NCBI GenBank assembly: GCA_038321985.1
Contig: JBBQFN010000001.1
Span: 320,001-384,000 of the forward strand
Direction of reading: 5' to 3'
DNA length: 64,000 nt
From: Cyanophyceae cyanobacterium
GTDB lineage: Bacteria > Cyanobacteriota > Cyanobacteriia > Cyanobacteriales > Laspinemataceae
A program made the translations under genes and the position numbers. The notes under the pieces are model-generated. The model saw nothing but the letters and a program-made list of their open reading frames with translations. It did no database searches and had not been told where the DNA came from. This document shows, in pieces, positions 63,228-64,000 of the stretch; within the stretch, counting starts at the first letter, position 1; every line of letters starts with the position of its first letter.

Positions 63228-63550
63228 AAAAAGCGACTGCTCCTCTCCTTAAAATCACTCTTTGAAGTAAAATTTACCTAAGAAGAACCGGAACTGATTT
63301 TCAATCCCCTCCCGTCTAAGGATTCACCCCAGGGATGCCCAATAATCCCTGATATTTCTTTTCAAACTTTTCAAAATAAAGGGGTTTTCATCCCCCTTGA
63401 TTATCCCATCCACCTATTCAGGCACTCCCTAGCTGAAGGGGTCTGCCTCTGGGTGTCTTCCCGCATTTTTCCCGATTGGGGGAGGATACCAGAAAGAAAG
63501 CAGCACTTTAAGTTAAATTGACAATTGCACTCCTGACGCTCGGTAACATC

Positions 63551-64000
63551 ATGTCTGAGACTAAATCTGAGATCAAAGAGACCAAAGAGAACCCAGAAAT
63601 CAAACTGGATAAACAGAAAGTTTCCATCGGTATCGCTGCGATCGCTGCCGTACTGTTAATCGGTGGAGGGATTACGGCATTCTGGGCGATCGTCCAAAAA
63701 CGTCCTTTACCCGAGATTCCAGTCGGTGCCGAACTGATCCCCGAAGATGCCTTGATGACAGTTTCCCTAACCACCGACGGGGGACAGTGGGAAAGAATGC
63801 GGGAATTTGGCACCCCAGAAAGCCAACAGTTGCTCGATAGTTACCTGGTGCAGTGGCGCGATCGCTACCTCAGCGCCAACGGATTCGACTATGAAACCGA
63901 CATTAAACCTTGGGTAGGGTCCGAGGTTACTTTGGGAGTTTTACCCCCATTTCCGGTGAATACCACGGGGGAAAAGGACGAAATGATGCCATCCCCCGCA
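63551..64000 (+). CDS. DUF3352-like membrane-anchored protein, 3'-truncated (absent from the ORF track)
   Basis: Open from ATG 63551 to the window end: TM helix, PVGAELIPEDAL..V...TD..QW...REFGT and DYETDIKPWVG.EVT. Confidence 0.75.
   Translation, partial: MSETKSEIKETKENPEIKLDKQKVSIGIAAIAAVLLIGGGITAFWAIVQKRPLPEIPVGAELIPEDALMTVSLTTDGGQWERMREFGTPESQQLLDSYLVQWRDRYLSANGFDYETDIKPWVGSEVTLGVLPPFPVNTTGEKDEMMPSPA

Noticed and set aside
63508..63813. Minus-strand 101-aa ORF
   Set aside because: Shadow of the plus-strand gene starting at 63551.

Overview
Chromosomal window from a filamentous cyanobacterium. The HIP1 octamer GCGATCGC is very frequent, and the gene set and repeat families look Oscillatoriales-like; this taxonomy is inferred, not shown. 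Most of the window is ordinary core genome: coaD-cdv3, manC plus a cupin, a 1571-aa multi-PAS/GAF histidine kinase with its response regulator, rpoZ, tRNA-Pro(GGG), argD, a subtilase, hetF, ddl, pdxA, pedR, hisS and cofH. Three things stand out. (1) The ~1.4 kb gap upstream of hetF holds a minus-strand array of NsiR1-like small-RNA units. Two are intact, each with a GGTAGATGCACCCTGAT 5' end, a DIF1 TCCGGA box near -35 and an intrinsic terminator; others are decayed. (2) A repeat-rich accessory block at 44.3-49.2 kb encodes a split NLR-like pair (a STAND/NACHT-type ATPase translationally coupled to an APAF1-helical + WD40 protein with near-identical repeats that vary at a few codons) and a candidate orphan toxin-CT/immunity pair. 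(3) There are several decaying loci (a collapsed devBCA operon, a frameshifted PAS-Crp regulator, an RTX fragment) and MITE/REP-like repeats. No CRISPR array, rRNA or intact transposase was seen. All family assignments come from motif recognition, not database searches.
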